A DNA stretch of 64,000 nucleotides from Nitrospirota bacterium (GCA_029261215.1 JAJDBT010000113.1:2308-66307); one strand, 5' to 3'; counted from the first letter of the stretch, positions 45,215 through 54,650 are shown. Translations and numbers: made by a program. Notes: generated by a model not told the origin, from the sequence alone.

Positions 45215-45658
45215 ATGGCCCGTTACCACTCTCATCTTGAAGGACTCCTGAAAGCAAGACGATTTCAGCAAGAAGTCATTTATCGGGAGCTGATCGAACA
45301 AGAAAACCTCCTCTCCATAGAAAGCGCTCTGTTACAAGAGTGGGTCGAAGCCTCTGACGCGGCAGTAGAACGACTGAGCACATATCAAAAATCAGGAGGG
45401 AATCCAGCCGAGATAGAAAGTCATTATGCATTCATTCGATTCCAAGCCGAAAAAATAAAAATACAACAGAAAAAAATTAGAATTCAGAGAAAATCTGTCG
45501 AAAAAAAAAGACAAGAGCTTTCAGAAGTCGTTCAAGAGAAAAAGATTGTAGAAAAAATAGAAACCCGTCAGAGGGATGCCTACTTTAAAAACATAAAGAA
45601 AAAAGAGGATATGCTGCTGGATGAAATGGCGGGACGTCTGCACAGGAGATCGGAATGA
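45215..45658 (+). CDS. fliJ: Flagellar export chaperone FliJ
   Basis: 147-aa predicted coiled coil immediately after fliI, with a typical FliJ N-terminus (LEGLLKARRFQQEVIYRELIE). Confidence 0.7.
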   Translation: MARYHSHLEGLLKARRFQQEVIYRELIEQENLLSIESALLQEWVEASDAAVERLSTYQKSGGNPAEIESHYAFIRFQAEKIKIQQKKIRIQRKSVEKKRQELSEVVQEKKIVEKIETRQRDAYFKNIKKKEDMLLDEMAGRLHRRSE

Positions 45659-46176
45659 ACATCATAAGGTTTTTAAAAAAAAACAACTTAGCGCTATGGC
45701 TGACCCTCTTCATCTTCAGCCTTGTCTTTTTACCAATAAAAAAGGCGGATGCTACAGAAAAAGAAGCGCCTGCGGCGCTTCTTACCGCCATTAAAGAACA
45801 CACCACCAGGCTGAATGCACGTGATCAAAACCTCAGCGAACGGGAAAATCGATTAAATCTTCTGGAGGAAGAAGTTCAGGAAATGTTGAACAAGTACATC
45901 AGGCTGAAAGAAGAAATCGATCAAAACAAATCCGTGGAAGCGATCGCAGCAAAAAAATTGGAAGAAGAACGCATCGACCGACTTGCCAAAATCTATCAAT
46001 CCATGGAAGCAAAAGACGCGGCCTCCCGGATTCAGAAAATGGAAAAAAAAATCGCATTAGGCCTGTTAAGAAAAATAAAAGAGAAACAAGCCGCAAAAAT
46101 CCTCAGTAATATGAGCGCTGATAAAGCAACGCTATTTAGTGAAGCCTTCATTAAAGCGGACAAGTCACAGCCTTAA
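45655..46176 (+). CDS. Flagellar-operon membrane-anchored coiled-coil protein with MgtE_N-like C-terminus (FlbB/YlxF/MotE-like)
   Basis: ATGA overlap with fliJ. N-terminal TM/signal LWLTLFIFSLVFLPI. C-terminus RLAKIYQSMEAKDAASRIQKM...AAKILSNMSADKATLFSEAF resembles the MgtE_N/MotE pattern. Confidence 0.5.
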   Translation: MNIIRFLKKNNLALWLTLFIFSLVFLPIKKADATEKEAPAALLTAIKEHTTRLNARDQNLSERENRLNLLEEEVQEMLNKYIRLKEEIDQNKSVEAIAAKKLEEERIDRLAKIYQSMEAKDAASRIQKMEKKIALGLLRKIKEKQAAKILSNMSADKATLFSEAFIKADKSQP

Positions 46177-46250
46177 TTTCTGGAACCAGATTCTTTATAA
46201 AATATGAATTAGTGTGATAAAGTACCATCGTATTTTTAAGGAGTCCCCTT

Positions 46251-46412
46251 ATGTTGACCCGCATGGTTGGCTTTATCACTACAATCCTCATCGCACTTTC
46301 TGTATTAGATTATTATGATTTAATACAAGTGACTGCGCCCCCTTTAAAACAACTGATCGAAGCGATTATCAAGCTTGGAGAAGTAATCAAATCAAAAATA
46401 TCCACCTTTTGA
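46251..46412 (+). CDS. Small (53 aa) predicted single-TM protein, not in the supplied ORF track
   Basis: My own translation: MLTRMVGFITTILIALSVLDYYDLIQVTAPPLKQLIEAIIKLGEVIKSKISTF. AAGGAG Shine-Dalgarno lies 7 nt upstream of the ATG. Confidence 0.3.
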   Translation: MLTRMVGFITTILIALSVLDYYDLIQVTAPPLKQLIEAIIKLGEVIKSKISTF

Positions 46413-46437
46413 CTTTAATGGGATAAAGATGTAGAAT
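46409..46437 (+). promoter_or_regulatory. Sigma-70-type promoter candidate for the HU gene
   Basis: TTGACT-N17-TAGAAT, ending about 57 nt upstream of the ATG at 46494. Confidence 0.4.
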
Positions 46438-46493
46438 CCGCCCGTTTCATCAGTCACGACTCAAAACAATTTCAGCTCAAGGAGAAATTCAAT

Positions 46494-46772
46494 ATGACAA
46501 AGCGGGAGTTTATTGAAGCAGTTTCAAAACCTCAGGAAAATGCAGGCGTTTCAAAAAAAAAGGTTGAAGAAATTATCGCAGAAGCTTTTTCAGTCATGGG
46601 TGACTCAATTAAAAAGACAGGCCGCTTTACCTATCCCAGTTTCGGCACATTCACGGTCACAAAGCGGGCCGAACGCAAAGGCCGAAATCCTCGAACTGGA
46701 GAGGCCATTACAATCAAAGCCTCCAAATCAGTCAAATTTAAAGCAACGCCGACTTTAAAAGAAAGTTTATAA
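46494..46772 (+). CDS. hup: HU/IHF-family nucleoid-associated DNA-binding protein
   Basis: 92 aa with FGTFTVTKRAERKGRNPRTGEAITIKASKSVKFKA (HU arm motif). AAGGAG Shine-Dalgarno. Confidence 0.9.
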   Translation: MTKREFIEAVSKPQENAGVSKKKVEEIIAEAFSVMGDSIKKTGRFTYPSFGTFTVTKRAERKGRNPRTGEAITIKASKSVKFKATPTLKESL

Positions 46773-47053
46773 TCCTCTGAGAAGGCTAGCTCTTTTCATC
46801 CTCATTTCTCAAAAGTAGGAGAATTTGCGAAACCTCCAGATTTTAAAATCATCTCGTGAGAAAAACATCGCTTAGAAACACAATCAACGAGCGCATCGTG
46901 GTTGTTCTGTAAGCCCATTTTTCTCTGATGGCCCGCATATGCTATTTCTTCATAACGTCACATGTAAATAAATCCAATCAATTCTTGAAATATGAAGAGG
47001 TCTTTAAGATAATGGAGCAGTTAGGGTAAAGTGTTCACAGGGGGTTCCTTTAG

Positions 47054-47518
47054 ATGAGTCTGTTAAAAAAAATGACGGTCTGCGCCACATTCATCATACT
47101 GCTTGGTTCCAATGCTCATTTTCATCCACTTCAAGCCGATGAAGGCCATGCCCAGCACGAAATGAAAATGGATGGTCAAGAAAAGATGATGGAGCATCAT
47201 GAAGAAAAAGAAGAGATGCACCATCATGCGCCAACAAAAAAAGACAGAGGACCCGATCTCCCCCCTGGAACAAAAGAAGTCGTCGTTGATCTCAGTGGGC
47301 CTTTTTGCGATAGGCATCCAAAAGAAATCATTTCAGCATTGATGGCACTTGACGGCGTTTTACACGTGGAGGCTTTTAACCGCCGCGATTATATCCTGGT
47401 TCATTTTAATGGGGATCTGGTCAATCCAGATACAATCGCTACGACAATTGACGGTCTCAAAGGCAGTGGCTGGCGTTGTGATGGGACCGTATCTACCCGA
47501 AAGCGAACCGAACGCTAA
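47054..47518 (+). CDS. Secreted His/Met-rich protein with a C-terminal HMA-like (ferredoxin-fold) domain; putative periplasmic metal binding
   Basis: Signal peptide. HAQHEMKMDGQEKMMEHHEEKEEMHHH tract. The beta-alpha-beta-beta-alpha-beta pattern starts at EVVVDLSGPFCDRHPKEIISAL, with C-x-x-H where GMTCxxC is expected. Confidence 0.45.
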   Translation: MSLLKKMTVCATFIILLGSNAHFHPLQADEGHAQHEMKMDGQEKMMEHHEEKEEMHHHAPTKKDRGPDLPPGTKEVVVDLSGPFCDRHPKEIISALMALDGVLHVEAFNRRDYILVHFNGDLVNPDTIATTIDGLKGSGWRCDGTVSTRKRTER

Positions 47519-47578
47519 GTTGAAAAAAGCATGTACCCTGATGCTTCATTTATTGATCAATCATCTCCATCCTAAAAA

Positions 47579-48589
47579 ATGAGATGCGCCGCTCAGAGTA
47601 AAATCATTAAAAATCTCACACAGGAAATTAAGGCTATTGCGCGCGATTTAGGATTTCACGCCGTCGGCATTACCTCTGCCGAGCCAGTCGTCGAGGCGGG
47701 AAAACATTTTAATCAATGGCTTTCGGACGGATTTTCTGGAGAAATGTCCTATCTAAAAAAATCCCCCGAGATCCGCTTTGACCCAAAACGCCGTTTTCCA
47801 GAAGCAAAATCCGTCATCGCACTTGCTTTAAATTATTATCAAGACAACCCTTCATCTGAAAATCAAAAAAATGACTCAGAAGTACTTGAAGGGAAAATCG
47901 CACGCTATGCCTGGGGAGAAGATTATCACCGCATTATCGAAAATAAACTGGAACAACTGATCCAGGCCATTACTGAAAGAAAAGGACGATGCTGGAAAGG
48001 CTATGTGGATCACGGCCCACTCCTGGAACGGGCTTTTGCAGAACGCGCGGGTTTAGGTTTTATCGGGAAAAACACCCATCTAATTACCCCCGAGTTCGGC
48101 TCCTGGGTTTTTTTGGCTGAGGTCATCACAGACCTGGTTCTGGAGGAAGATTTGCCCGCGACGGGCCAATGCGGCACTTGCAAACGTTGTATCGAAGCTT
48201 GCCCCACTGACGCTCTGAATGAACCCTACCGATTGGATGCACGCCGCTGTATTTCCTACTTGACCATTGAGAATAAAGGGGAAATACCGGAAACATTTAC
48301 CTCCAAAATGGAAAACATGCTTTTTGGCTGCGATATTTGTCAGGAAGTCTGCCCCTTTAACGGAATAGGAGTTCAAACCGATGTGCCAGGATTTTCAATC
48401 ACACGGGGCGCAGGGCCTTCTCTTAAACTAGATGAAATCGACGCGCTTTCGGACAATGCCGCTTTTAAACAACGGTTTTCAAAAAGCCCTCTACTCAGAG
48501 CAAAATACTCGGGTTTGGTCCGTAATGCAGACGCGCTTCGTGTTCACAACAAAACCCTCAAGGATACGATAAAAAATGAAACCCTATAA
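47579..48589 (+). CDS. queG: tRNA epoxyqueuosine(34) reductase QueG
   Basis: FSGEMSYL, two 4Fe-4S ferredoxin motifs (CGTCKRCIEACP, CDICQEVCPFN) and CISYLTIE. Confidence 0.85.
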   Translation: MRCAAQSKIIKNLTQEIKAIARDLGFHAVGITSAEPVVEAGKHFNQWLSDGFSGEMSYLKKSPEIRFDPKRRFPEAKSVIALALNYYQDNPSSENQKNDSEVLEGKIARYAWGEDYHRIIENKLEQLIQAITERKGRCWKGYVDHGPLLERAFAERAGLGFIGKNTHLITPEFGSWVFLAEVITDLVLEEDLPATGQCGTCKRCIEACPTDALNEPYRLDARRCISYLTIENKGEIPETFTSKMENMLFGCDICQEVCPFNGIGVQTDVPGFSITRGAGPSLKLDEIDALSDNAAFKQRFSKSPLLRAKYSGLVRNADALRVHNKTLKDTIKNETL

Positions 48590-49322
48590 AGCCATTCTTT
48601 TTGATCTTTGCGGTACAGTCATGCAATACCGGATTGATCGCATCCCGATGATTGAAATTCAGGGTGAACACATACAAAGCACAAGTCCTCTGCTTTATGC
48701 ATGTTTTAGAGAGTTTGACAGAGGCAAGATTTCTTACGAGACCTTCCACAATATTTTTATCGAAACCTCTGAAGCGCTGTCACTCGAGAAAAAGAAAAGC
48801 GGGAGAGAAATCTCATCCCACGACCGATTTACACTTTTTTTGAAAAAACTCGATACCGATTTAGGCCCAAGGCATAGCGAAGTTCATCGATTACTGAAAG
48901 ATATTCATTTGGAACGCGTCGCAAAGTGTCTGGAGCTTTTACCACGCCATCATGGACTTTTGCAGACATGGAAAACCTTGTACCCTATGGGCTTGATCAC
49001 AAACTTTGACGATACACAAACTGTTTACAAGGTTTTGGAAAGAGATCAAATTGCTTTGTTTTTTAAAACAACGGTGATTTCCGCTGAAATAGGGCTTCGC
49101 AAACCCCGCAAGGAAATTTTTTTGGCGGCCTGCGAAAAAATGAATACGACACCTGCTGAAACGCTTTTTGTAGGGGATAATTGGGAAGAAGATATCCTCG
49201 GCGCAAAAGGGGTCGGCATGTCCACCGCCTGGATCAATCCGGATCGGCATCCCCGGCCAGAGGGTCAAGTGCAAACAGACTTTGACCTTTCGGACCTCTC
49301 AGAACTTCAACGCATTCTTTAA
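48576..49322 (+). CDS. HAD-superfamily hydrolase
   Basis: Motif I ILFDLCGTV (D-x-C-x-T variant), motif II GLITNF, motif III K (LRKP) and motif IV FVGDNWEEDILGA. Confidence 0.75.
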   Translation: MKPYKAILFDLCGTVMQYRIDRIPMIEIQGEHIQSTSPLLYACFREFDRGKISYETFHNIFIETSEALSLEKKKSGREISSHDRFTLFLKKLDTDLGPRHSEVHRLLKDIHLERVAKCLELLPRHHGLLQTWKTLYPMGLITNFDDTQTVYKVLERDQIALFFKTTVISAEIGLRKPRKEIFLAACEKMNTTPAETLFVGDNWEEDILGAKGVGMSTAWINPDRHPRPEGQVQTDFDLSDLSELQRIL

Positions 49323-49822
49323 CAAACGGTATCGCTTGAATCAAGATTTTCCTTAAAACCCATACTCGCCACTTCCACAATCATTTCCACTTCAACCGGA
49401 GCATCAAGTGGCAAAACCACAGCACCTAGGGCCAACCGTGCATGTCGTCCAGGCGAATCAAAAATTTGGACCAGTAAGTCCGAGGCCCCGTTTGCAACAG
49501 CGGACTGCTGGATAAAGTCTGGTGTGGATGAGACATGAATTGCAAGCCTTACGATTTTCTCAATCGCGTTTAAAGACCCCACTTCAGCTTTAATCACTGA
49601 AAGCGCATTTAAAATGGCAATTTGCGCGGCTTTTTGCCCTTGCTCAATCGACAGTTCTTTTCCAAGTTTTCCTGTCAAAGTCAGTTTTCCACCCACTAAG
49701 GGAAGAATGCCCGACAAAAAAAGTAGGTTTCCACTTCTGACAACGGGGACATAGCTTGCAAGCGGTTTTGGGGGCGGAGGAAGCGTATGACCAAGAGATT
49801 GAAGTCTATTTTCGTAATTCAT
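49319..49822 (-). CDS. RidA/YjgF/TdcF-family protein
   Basis: 167 aa with YVPVVRSGNLLFLSGILP...ARLALGAVVLPLDAPVEVEMIVE, typical of the RidA-family fold. Confidence 0.72.
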   Translation of the reverse strand: MNYENRLQSLGHTLPPPPKPLASYVPVVRSGNLLFLSGILPLVGGKLTLTGKLGKELSIEQGQKAAQIAILNALSVIKAEVGSLNAIEKIVRLAIHVSSTPDFIQQSAVANGASDLLVQIFDSPGRHARLALGAVVLPLDAPVEVEMIVEVASMGFKENLDSSDTVC

Positions 49823-49870
49823 ATGAGATAAATCCTATTTTTTGTACATTAATTCAAACACACGGGGCAT

Positions 49871-50902
49871 TTATCCGCCTTCTCCCCCGCAGGTTCGGCA
49901 CATCGCTTCATCATTTTCCTTGCGTTGGTATTTTCTCACAGCCTCATTATGTTCCCGAAGTGTTGTGGAAAAATGGTGTTCTCCATTGTTTTTAGAAACA
50001 AAAAAAATGTAATCCACATCTGCGGGAAAAAGCGCCGCATAAATGGCTTCCCGGCCAGGATTTGAAATCGGCCCTGGAGGAAGTCCCGCAACGCGATAGG
50101 TGTTATAGGGAGAGTTGTTTAGCAAATCTTTTTTTCGAATATCTCCATCGAAATCGACCAAAGAAAAAATGACCGTGGGATCACTTTGAAGCCGCATTTT
50201 CCGTTTCAGGCGGTTGTGAAACACACCTGAAATAATGGTCCGCTCCGATGGCGTCCCCGTCTCTTTTTCGATAATTGAGGCAAGGGTGAGTACTTCCTGC
50301 TGGCTCAGCCCCAGTTTCTCAGCCTGCTCTGAGAAGCTTTTGTCATAAACAGCTTGGAATTGTCTTGTCATCATCCCAACAACCTGTTCTGCTGATGTCT
50401 GCTTTGTAAAGTGATAGGTATCAGGGAATAGATAGCCTTCCAGGCTATCCCCCTCAAAACCCAGACTTTGAATCAATACTTTATTGTGCGCGGTCTCATA
50501 AAAAAGATCGGCGTCAATCAAGCCCGCAGATTCGAGGATTTTGCCAATCTCTCGTGAAGCCGTCCCTTCCGGGATAACAACGGTGTACTTTAAAACATCT
50601 CCCTGAACAAGGGTATCCAGTATTTCCATGGGGCGCATGGCACGATGAAGACGGTACTCGCCGGGCTTGATTCGGGATTCATTTTGAGTGAGTTTACCCA
50701 ATAGACGAAAAGAGATCGGACTCGCGATTAATTCATCTTGTTTTAAAAGCCGCGTCACTTCGATAAAGGTCGCACCTGTGTCAATTTCAATCGTTCTGTA
50801 AATGGCTTCCGAAGAAGAGGGTTTTTGGAGGAAGAGATAGGCTTGTATCAGCCCACCGATTAAAAGAAGACTTAAAACAAATGGTATTGATCGTTTTCCC
50901 AT
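49871..50902 (-). CDS. mltG: Endolytic murein transglycosylase MltG (YceG-like)
   Basis: N-terminal TM, LysM-like region and YceG core (LTLASIIEKETG...ISGVFHNRLKRKMRLQSDPTV...YNTYRVAGLPPGPISNPG). Confidence 0.87.
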   Translation of the reverse strand: MGKRSIPFVLSLLLIGGLIQAYLFLQKPSSSEAIYRTIEIDTGATFIEVTRLLKQDELIASPISFRLLGKLTQNESRIKPGEYRLHRAMRPMEILDTLVQGDVLKYTVVIPEGTASREIGKILESAGLIDADLFYETAHNKVLIQSLGFEGDSLEGYLFPDTYHFTKQTSAEQVVGMMTRQFQAVYDKSFSEQAEKLGLSQQEVLTLASIIEKETGTPSERTIISGVFHNRLKRKMRLQSDPTVIFSLVDFDGDIRKKDLLNNSPYNTYRVAGLPPGPISNPGREAIYAALFPADVDYIFFVSKNNGEHHFSTTLREHNEAVRKYQRKENDEAMCRTCGGEGG

Positions 50903-50995
50903 TTTTCGCCCCTCCTTCCTAAAGTCTTCAAATCAGACTTCTACACTAAAACAGAGGATTGATATTCCCCGGATAAAGCGACAATAGACCCTCTG

Positions 50996-51035
50996 AAAAA
51001 AAGGAGGGATACGTATTTATTTGAGTACGCCTCCC
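50996..51035 (-). terminator. Rho-independent terminator candidate after alaS
   Basis: Minus-strand RNA: GGAGGCGTAC-(12-nt loop)-GTATCCCTCC (5+3 bp stem with a 2x2 internal loop) followed by TTTTTTT. It lies 68 nt after the alaS stop. Confidence 0.5.
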
Positions 51036-51102
51036 TCAAGGGAAGGAGACGATCAGTGTTCAAACGATGTTCTGCGAAGATAAAAAGTACGAAATAACTG
51101 CG

Positions 51103-53745
51103 CTACATCCCCTCAATTATTTTAATCGATTCGGTGAAAATCAGGTCAAAATGCGCCACATCTTTTCCACCTGCCTGCGCCATCTCGGGCTTTCCACCCC
51201 CACTGCCATCAATTAATACAGCGAGTTTTTTTGCAATGTCACCGGCTTTGTAGCTTTTTGTCCAATCAGGCGTCACCATCACCACCAGCGAAACTTTTTG
51301 ACCATCCAGCGCCTCTGCACCGACTATGATAATACCAGATTTTAGCCGATCCCGTAAATGATCGGCCCGCGCCCGAATCTCCTTCAATTCGGCAGGTGCC
51401 AGCTTTTCAGCCAAGACAGAGAGGTCTCCGATTTTTTTTACAGCAGAAAGCGGATCTTCTACCGAGGCATGCTGTTGTGAACGAAGGCGCTCGATTTCGT
51501 GTTGTTTTTCTTCGAGTTGCTGCAACAGCCGTTCTGATTTAATCAGAATTTCTTCGGGATGACCCTTGAGGAGACTTGAAAGACTTCGGATGATCCCCTC
51601 CTGTTTTTTGACCCATTGATATGCAGCCGAACCCGTCACAGCTTCAAGTCTTCTCACACCCGAGGCGACGCTTCCTTGTTTAACAATCTTGAAAAGACCA
51701 ATCTCACCTGCGGTTCGACAATGAGTCCCTCCGCAAAGCTCCCGGCTATACTCTCCAACCGAAACCACACGCACTTCATCCCCGTATTTTTCCCCAAAAA
51801 GTGCCATCGCACCCGAATCCACAGCCTCTTTCATATCCATGAGCGTGGTCTGGACGGGCTCATCCGAGAGAATTTGTGTATTCACTTCGGCCTCAATCCG
51901 ATCAATTTCCTCCTCCGATAAAGCGGACGAATGCTGAAAATCAAAGCGGAGCCGGTCTGGCGCAACGAGAGAACCGGCCTGTTTCACATGATCGCCCAAG
52001 ACATTTCTCAACACGGCATGAAGCAGATGGGTCCCGGTATGATTTCTGGCGGTATTATGTCGCAGCAGACCGTTCACTTCGGCCTCAAAATGATCGCCGG
52101 TCTTGACGGCGCCCTGGGTAATTTTTGCGTGATGAAGAATTAAATCGGTCAAGGGTTTAGACGTTTGATCAATTTCAACTTGCGCAAGTTCAGACACAAG
52201 TCGGCCCTGATCGCCCACCTGTCCGCCCGCTTCGGCATAAAAAGGCGTTTTATTAAAAACCAGGGCCACTTCATCCCCCGCCCGCGCCGAATCGACAATT
52301 TCCGTCTCTTTCAATATGGCCAGTAGTGTGACATGTTCTTGCAACAGGTCATACCCTACAAATTGTGTTGCGCCAATCTGCGAGCGTAATTCTTTATAAA
52401 GATCCGTATTTTCAATGATCTTAGCCCCACGATCGGAACCAACCCATGAACGTCTTGCGCGGTCTTTTTGCGCGTCCATTGCCTCCTGATATCCTGCCGT
52501 ATCTAGGGACATGCCGTTTTCTGAAGCCACTTCTTCCGTCAAATCTATCGGGAAACCATAGGTATCGTACAAGGTAAAAAGAGACTCCCCCGGAATGACT
52601 TGCGCTCCCTTTTCCTTAAGTTCTGCAATCACCCCGTCGAGGAGCTGCATACCCTGATTGAGGGTGTGGATAAAGCGTTCTTCTTCTCCAAGCACAATGC
52701 CCTCGATAAGGCTCTGGCTTTGAAGCAACTCAGGGTAAGGTTCAGCCATTTGCGAGACGATGGTGCCGATCAGTGTATGTAAAAAAGGTTCGTACAAATC
52801 CAGCTGCCTGCCATATCGGGCCGCTCTTCGCAATATCCGCCTGAAGACATAACCACGACCCTCGTTGGCAGGAATCACACCATCCCCTGCCATAAAGGTC
52901 AACGCCCGAACATGATCCGCAATCACACGGCCCGGCATGGAAGCCATCACTTCTTTTTGAGACCGATTTGTCCGCTTTGCGATTTCTTTAAACAAAGGGG
53001 CAAATAAATCTGTTTCATAGTTATTTAAAACACCCTGACAAACTGCAGTCATGCGCTCTAACCCCATGCCGGTATCAATACTGGGTTTGGGAAGAGGAGA
53101 CAGCGTGCCGTCAGAGGCCCGATTATATTGCATGAAAACAAGGTTCCAGATTTCAAGATAGCGGTCACATTCACACACCCCGATACCGGGACAGTCCGCA
53201 TGAACGACCTCTCCCTGATCAAACATAATCTCAGAACAGGGACCACAGGGCCCTACATCTCCCATTTGCCAAAAATTGTCTTTCTCACCCAAACGAATAA
53301 TGCGATCCGCCGGCACAATTTTTTGCCATAAAGCAGCCGCTTCATCATCGTCTTTATAAATAGTAATCCAGAGTTTTGAGGGCGGAAGTTTGAAACGATT
53401 TGTCAACAATTCCCAGGCAAATGCAATCGCGTCTTTTTTAAAATAATCCCCAAAAGAGAAGTTCCCCAGCATTTCAAAAAAAGTGTGGTGACGCGCGGTT
53501 TGCCCCACATTTTCGAGGTCATTATGTTTTCCGCCCGCCCGGACACATTTTTGCGAACTGACAGCACGCAGATAAGGTCTTGACTCTTCACCTAAAAATG
53601 TCTGCTTAAACTGAACCATGCCCGCATTATTAAAGAGGAGGGTGGGATCTCCTTCAGGGATTAGAGAGGCACTGGGAACAATTTCGTGGCCCTGTTCAGA
53701 GAAATATTGAATAAATAACGCACGCACTTCTGAAGAAGTCATCAA
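51103..53745 (-). CDS. alaS: Alanine--tRNA ligase
   Basis: 880 aa with FNNAGMVQFK, GNFSFGDYFK, WNLVFMQYN, editing-domain HTGTHLLH...CGGTH and a C-terminal DHHA1-like domain. Confidence 0.96.
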   Translation of the reverse strand: MMTSSEVRALFIQYFSEQGHEIVPSASLIPEGDPTLLFNNAGMVQFKQTFLGEESRPYLRAVSSQKCVRAGGKHNDLENVGQTARHHTFFEMLGNFSFGDYFKKDAIAFAWELLTNRFKLPPSKLWITIYKDDDEAAALWQKIVPADRIIRLGEKDNFWQMGDVGPCGPCSEIMFDQGEVVHADCPGIGVCECDRYLEIWNLVFMQYNRASDGTLSPLPKPSIDTGMGLERMTAVCQGVLNNYETDLFAPLFKEIAKRTNRSQKEVMASMPGRVIADHVRALTFMAGDGVIPANEGRGYVFRRILRRAARYGRQLDLYEPFLHTLIGTIVSQMAEPYPELLQSQSLIEGIVLGEEERFIHTLNQGMQLLDGVIAELKEKGAQVIPGESLFTLYDTYGFPIDLTEEVASENGMSLDTAGYQEAMDAQKDRARRSWVGSDRGAKIIENTDLYKELRSQIGATQFVGYDLLQEHVTLLAILKETEIVDSARAGDEVALVFNKTPFYAEAGGQVGDQGRLVSELAQVEIDQTSKPLTDLILHHAKITQGAVKTGDHFEAEVNGLLRHNTARNHTGTHLLHAVLRNVLGDHVKQAGSLVAPDRLRFDFQHSSALSEEEIDRIEAEVNTQILSDEPVQTTLMDMKEAVDSGAMALFGEKYGDEVRVVSVGEYSRELCGGTHCRTAGEIGLFKIVKQGSVASGVRRLEAVTGSAAYQWVKKQEGIIRSLSSLLKGHPEEILIKSERLLQQLEEKQHEIERLRSQQHASVEDPLSAVKKIGDLSVLAEKLAPAELKEIRARADHLRDRLKSGIIIVGAEALDGQKVSLVVMVTPDWTKSYKAGDIAKKLAVLIDGSGGGKPEMAQAGGKDVAHFDLIFTESIKIIEGM

Positions 53746-54029
53746 AGCTCCATTTTATATTTTAGGGAGGGAATGCGCCCCATTGAAAAGGAGCCATTCT
53801 CTCATATCAAGACCAGGCATGCAAGATCACCGACACCCCCCAAATGAGGGGATTGACATTCATTCCAATGATGTAGAAAATGAGCCATCTTTTTAAAGTC
53901 AAAAGAAAAACAAGTCACAAATAAAGGGTAATACGCATCCCTAATCTGTGGTCTGAAGAAATTAATCCAATAAGTAAGTTATCCGATATTTTTTCAAAAA
54001 TTTCGATTTCACCGTGAGGAGTATTGAGA

Positions 54030-54650
54030 ATGAATAAGTTCAAAAAATCAATCATTAAAATGATCACTTTCGGTATTTTGAGCACCCTTCTCTTGCTGCC
54101 TCAAACTGCCTCATCAGAAGATCGACCCAGTGTGATGTTTATGATTGCAGAGCAGCATATCGGACAGGAAATCTTCATCTATTGGTGGGGCTGGTTCAGC
54201 CGTGAGATTGACTTTAAAGCCCAAGAAATTGATCTTTCGATTGGCGAAACCATTTTAAAAGAGGAATTTTTGAATGAAGGCTTTAACGTCATTGATGTTG
54301 CAAATGTCTCAGATAGGATAAAAGTCTCAAAAGCCTACAAAATAGCTGATTTGACAAAAGATGCCGCTATTGATCTTGGAAAGGATGTTGGCGCGGATGT
54401 GATTGTAAAAGGGAAGGTCATTGCCAAGCGAGGGCCCACAAACACAGGAAGCAATGTCGCCACTTATATGGCGGATATCAGTGCAACAGCATTTCGGGTA
54501 AAAGACGGCCTTGTATTGGGTTCGGGACGGGCGAGCGGTGTTTCACGTCACATTTCTGAAATAACAGGTGGAAGTCAGGCAATCGAAAAAGCTTCCCAAA
54601 AACTGGCAAAAAAAATGATTGAACAGATCAACACAAAACTCGCACGCTAA
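54030..54650 (+). CDS. Secreted protein of unknown function (first gene of the envelope triad; signal peptide, no lipobox)
   Basis: GTGAGGAG Shine-Dalgarno 8 nt before ATG 54030. Signal peptide ITFGILSTLLLLPQTASS. The alpha/beta pattern (...AAIDLGKDVGADVIVKGKVIA...) is reminiscent of the LpoB/CsgG/TolB-N-like fold. Confidence 0.5.
   Translation: MNKFKKSIIKMITFGILSTLLLLPQTASSEDRPSVMFMIAEQHIGQEIFIYWWGWFSREIDFKAQEIDLSIGETILKEEFLNEGFNVIDVANVSDRIKVSKAYKIADLTKDAAIDLGKDVGADVIVKGKVIAKRGPTNTGSNVATYMADISATAFRVKDGLVLGSGRASGVSRHISEITGGSQAIEKASQKLAKKMIEQINTKLAR

Noticed and set aside
46773-47053. 281-nt gap after the HU gene, checked for a tRNA, sRNA, terminator or small ORF
   Set aside because: There is no T-loop (GGTTCGAATCC-like) or cloverleaf. 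The GCTAGC-centred repeat after the HU stop pairs poorly. The only ORF (29 codons, minus strand) lacks a Shine-Dalgarno.
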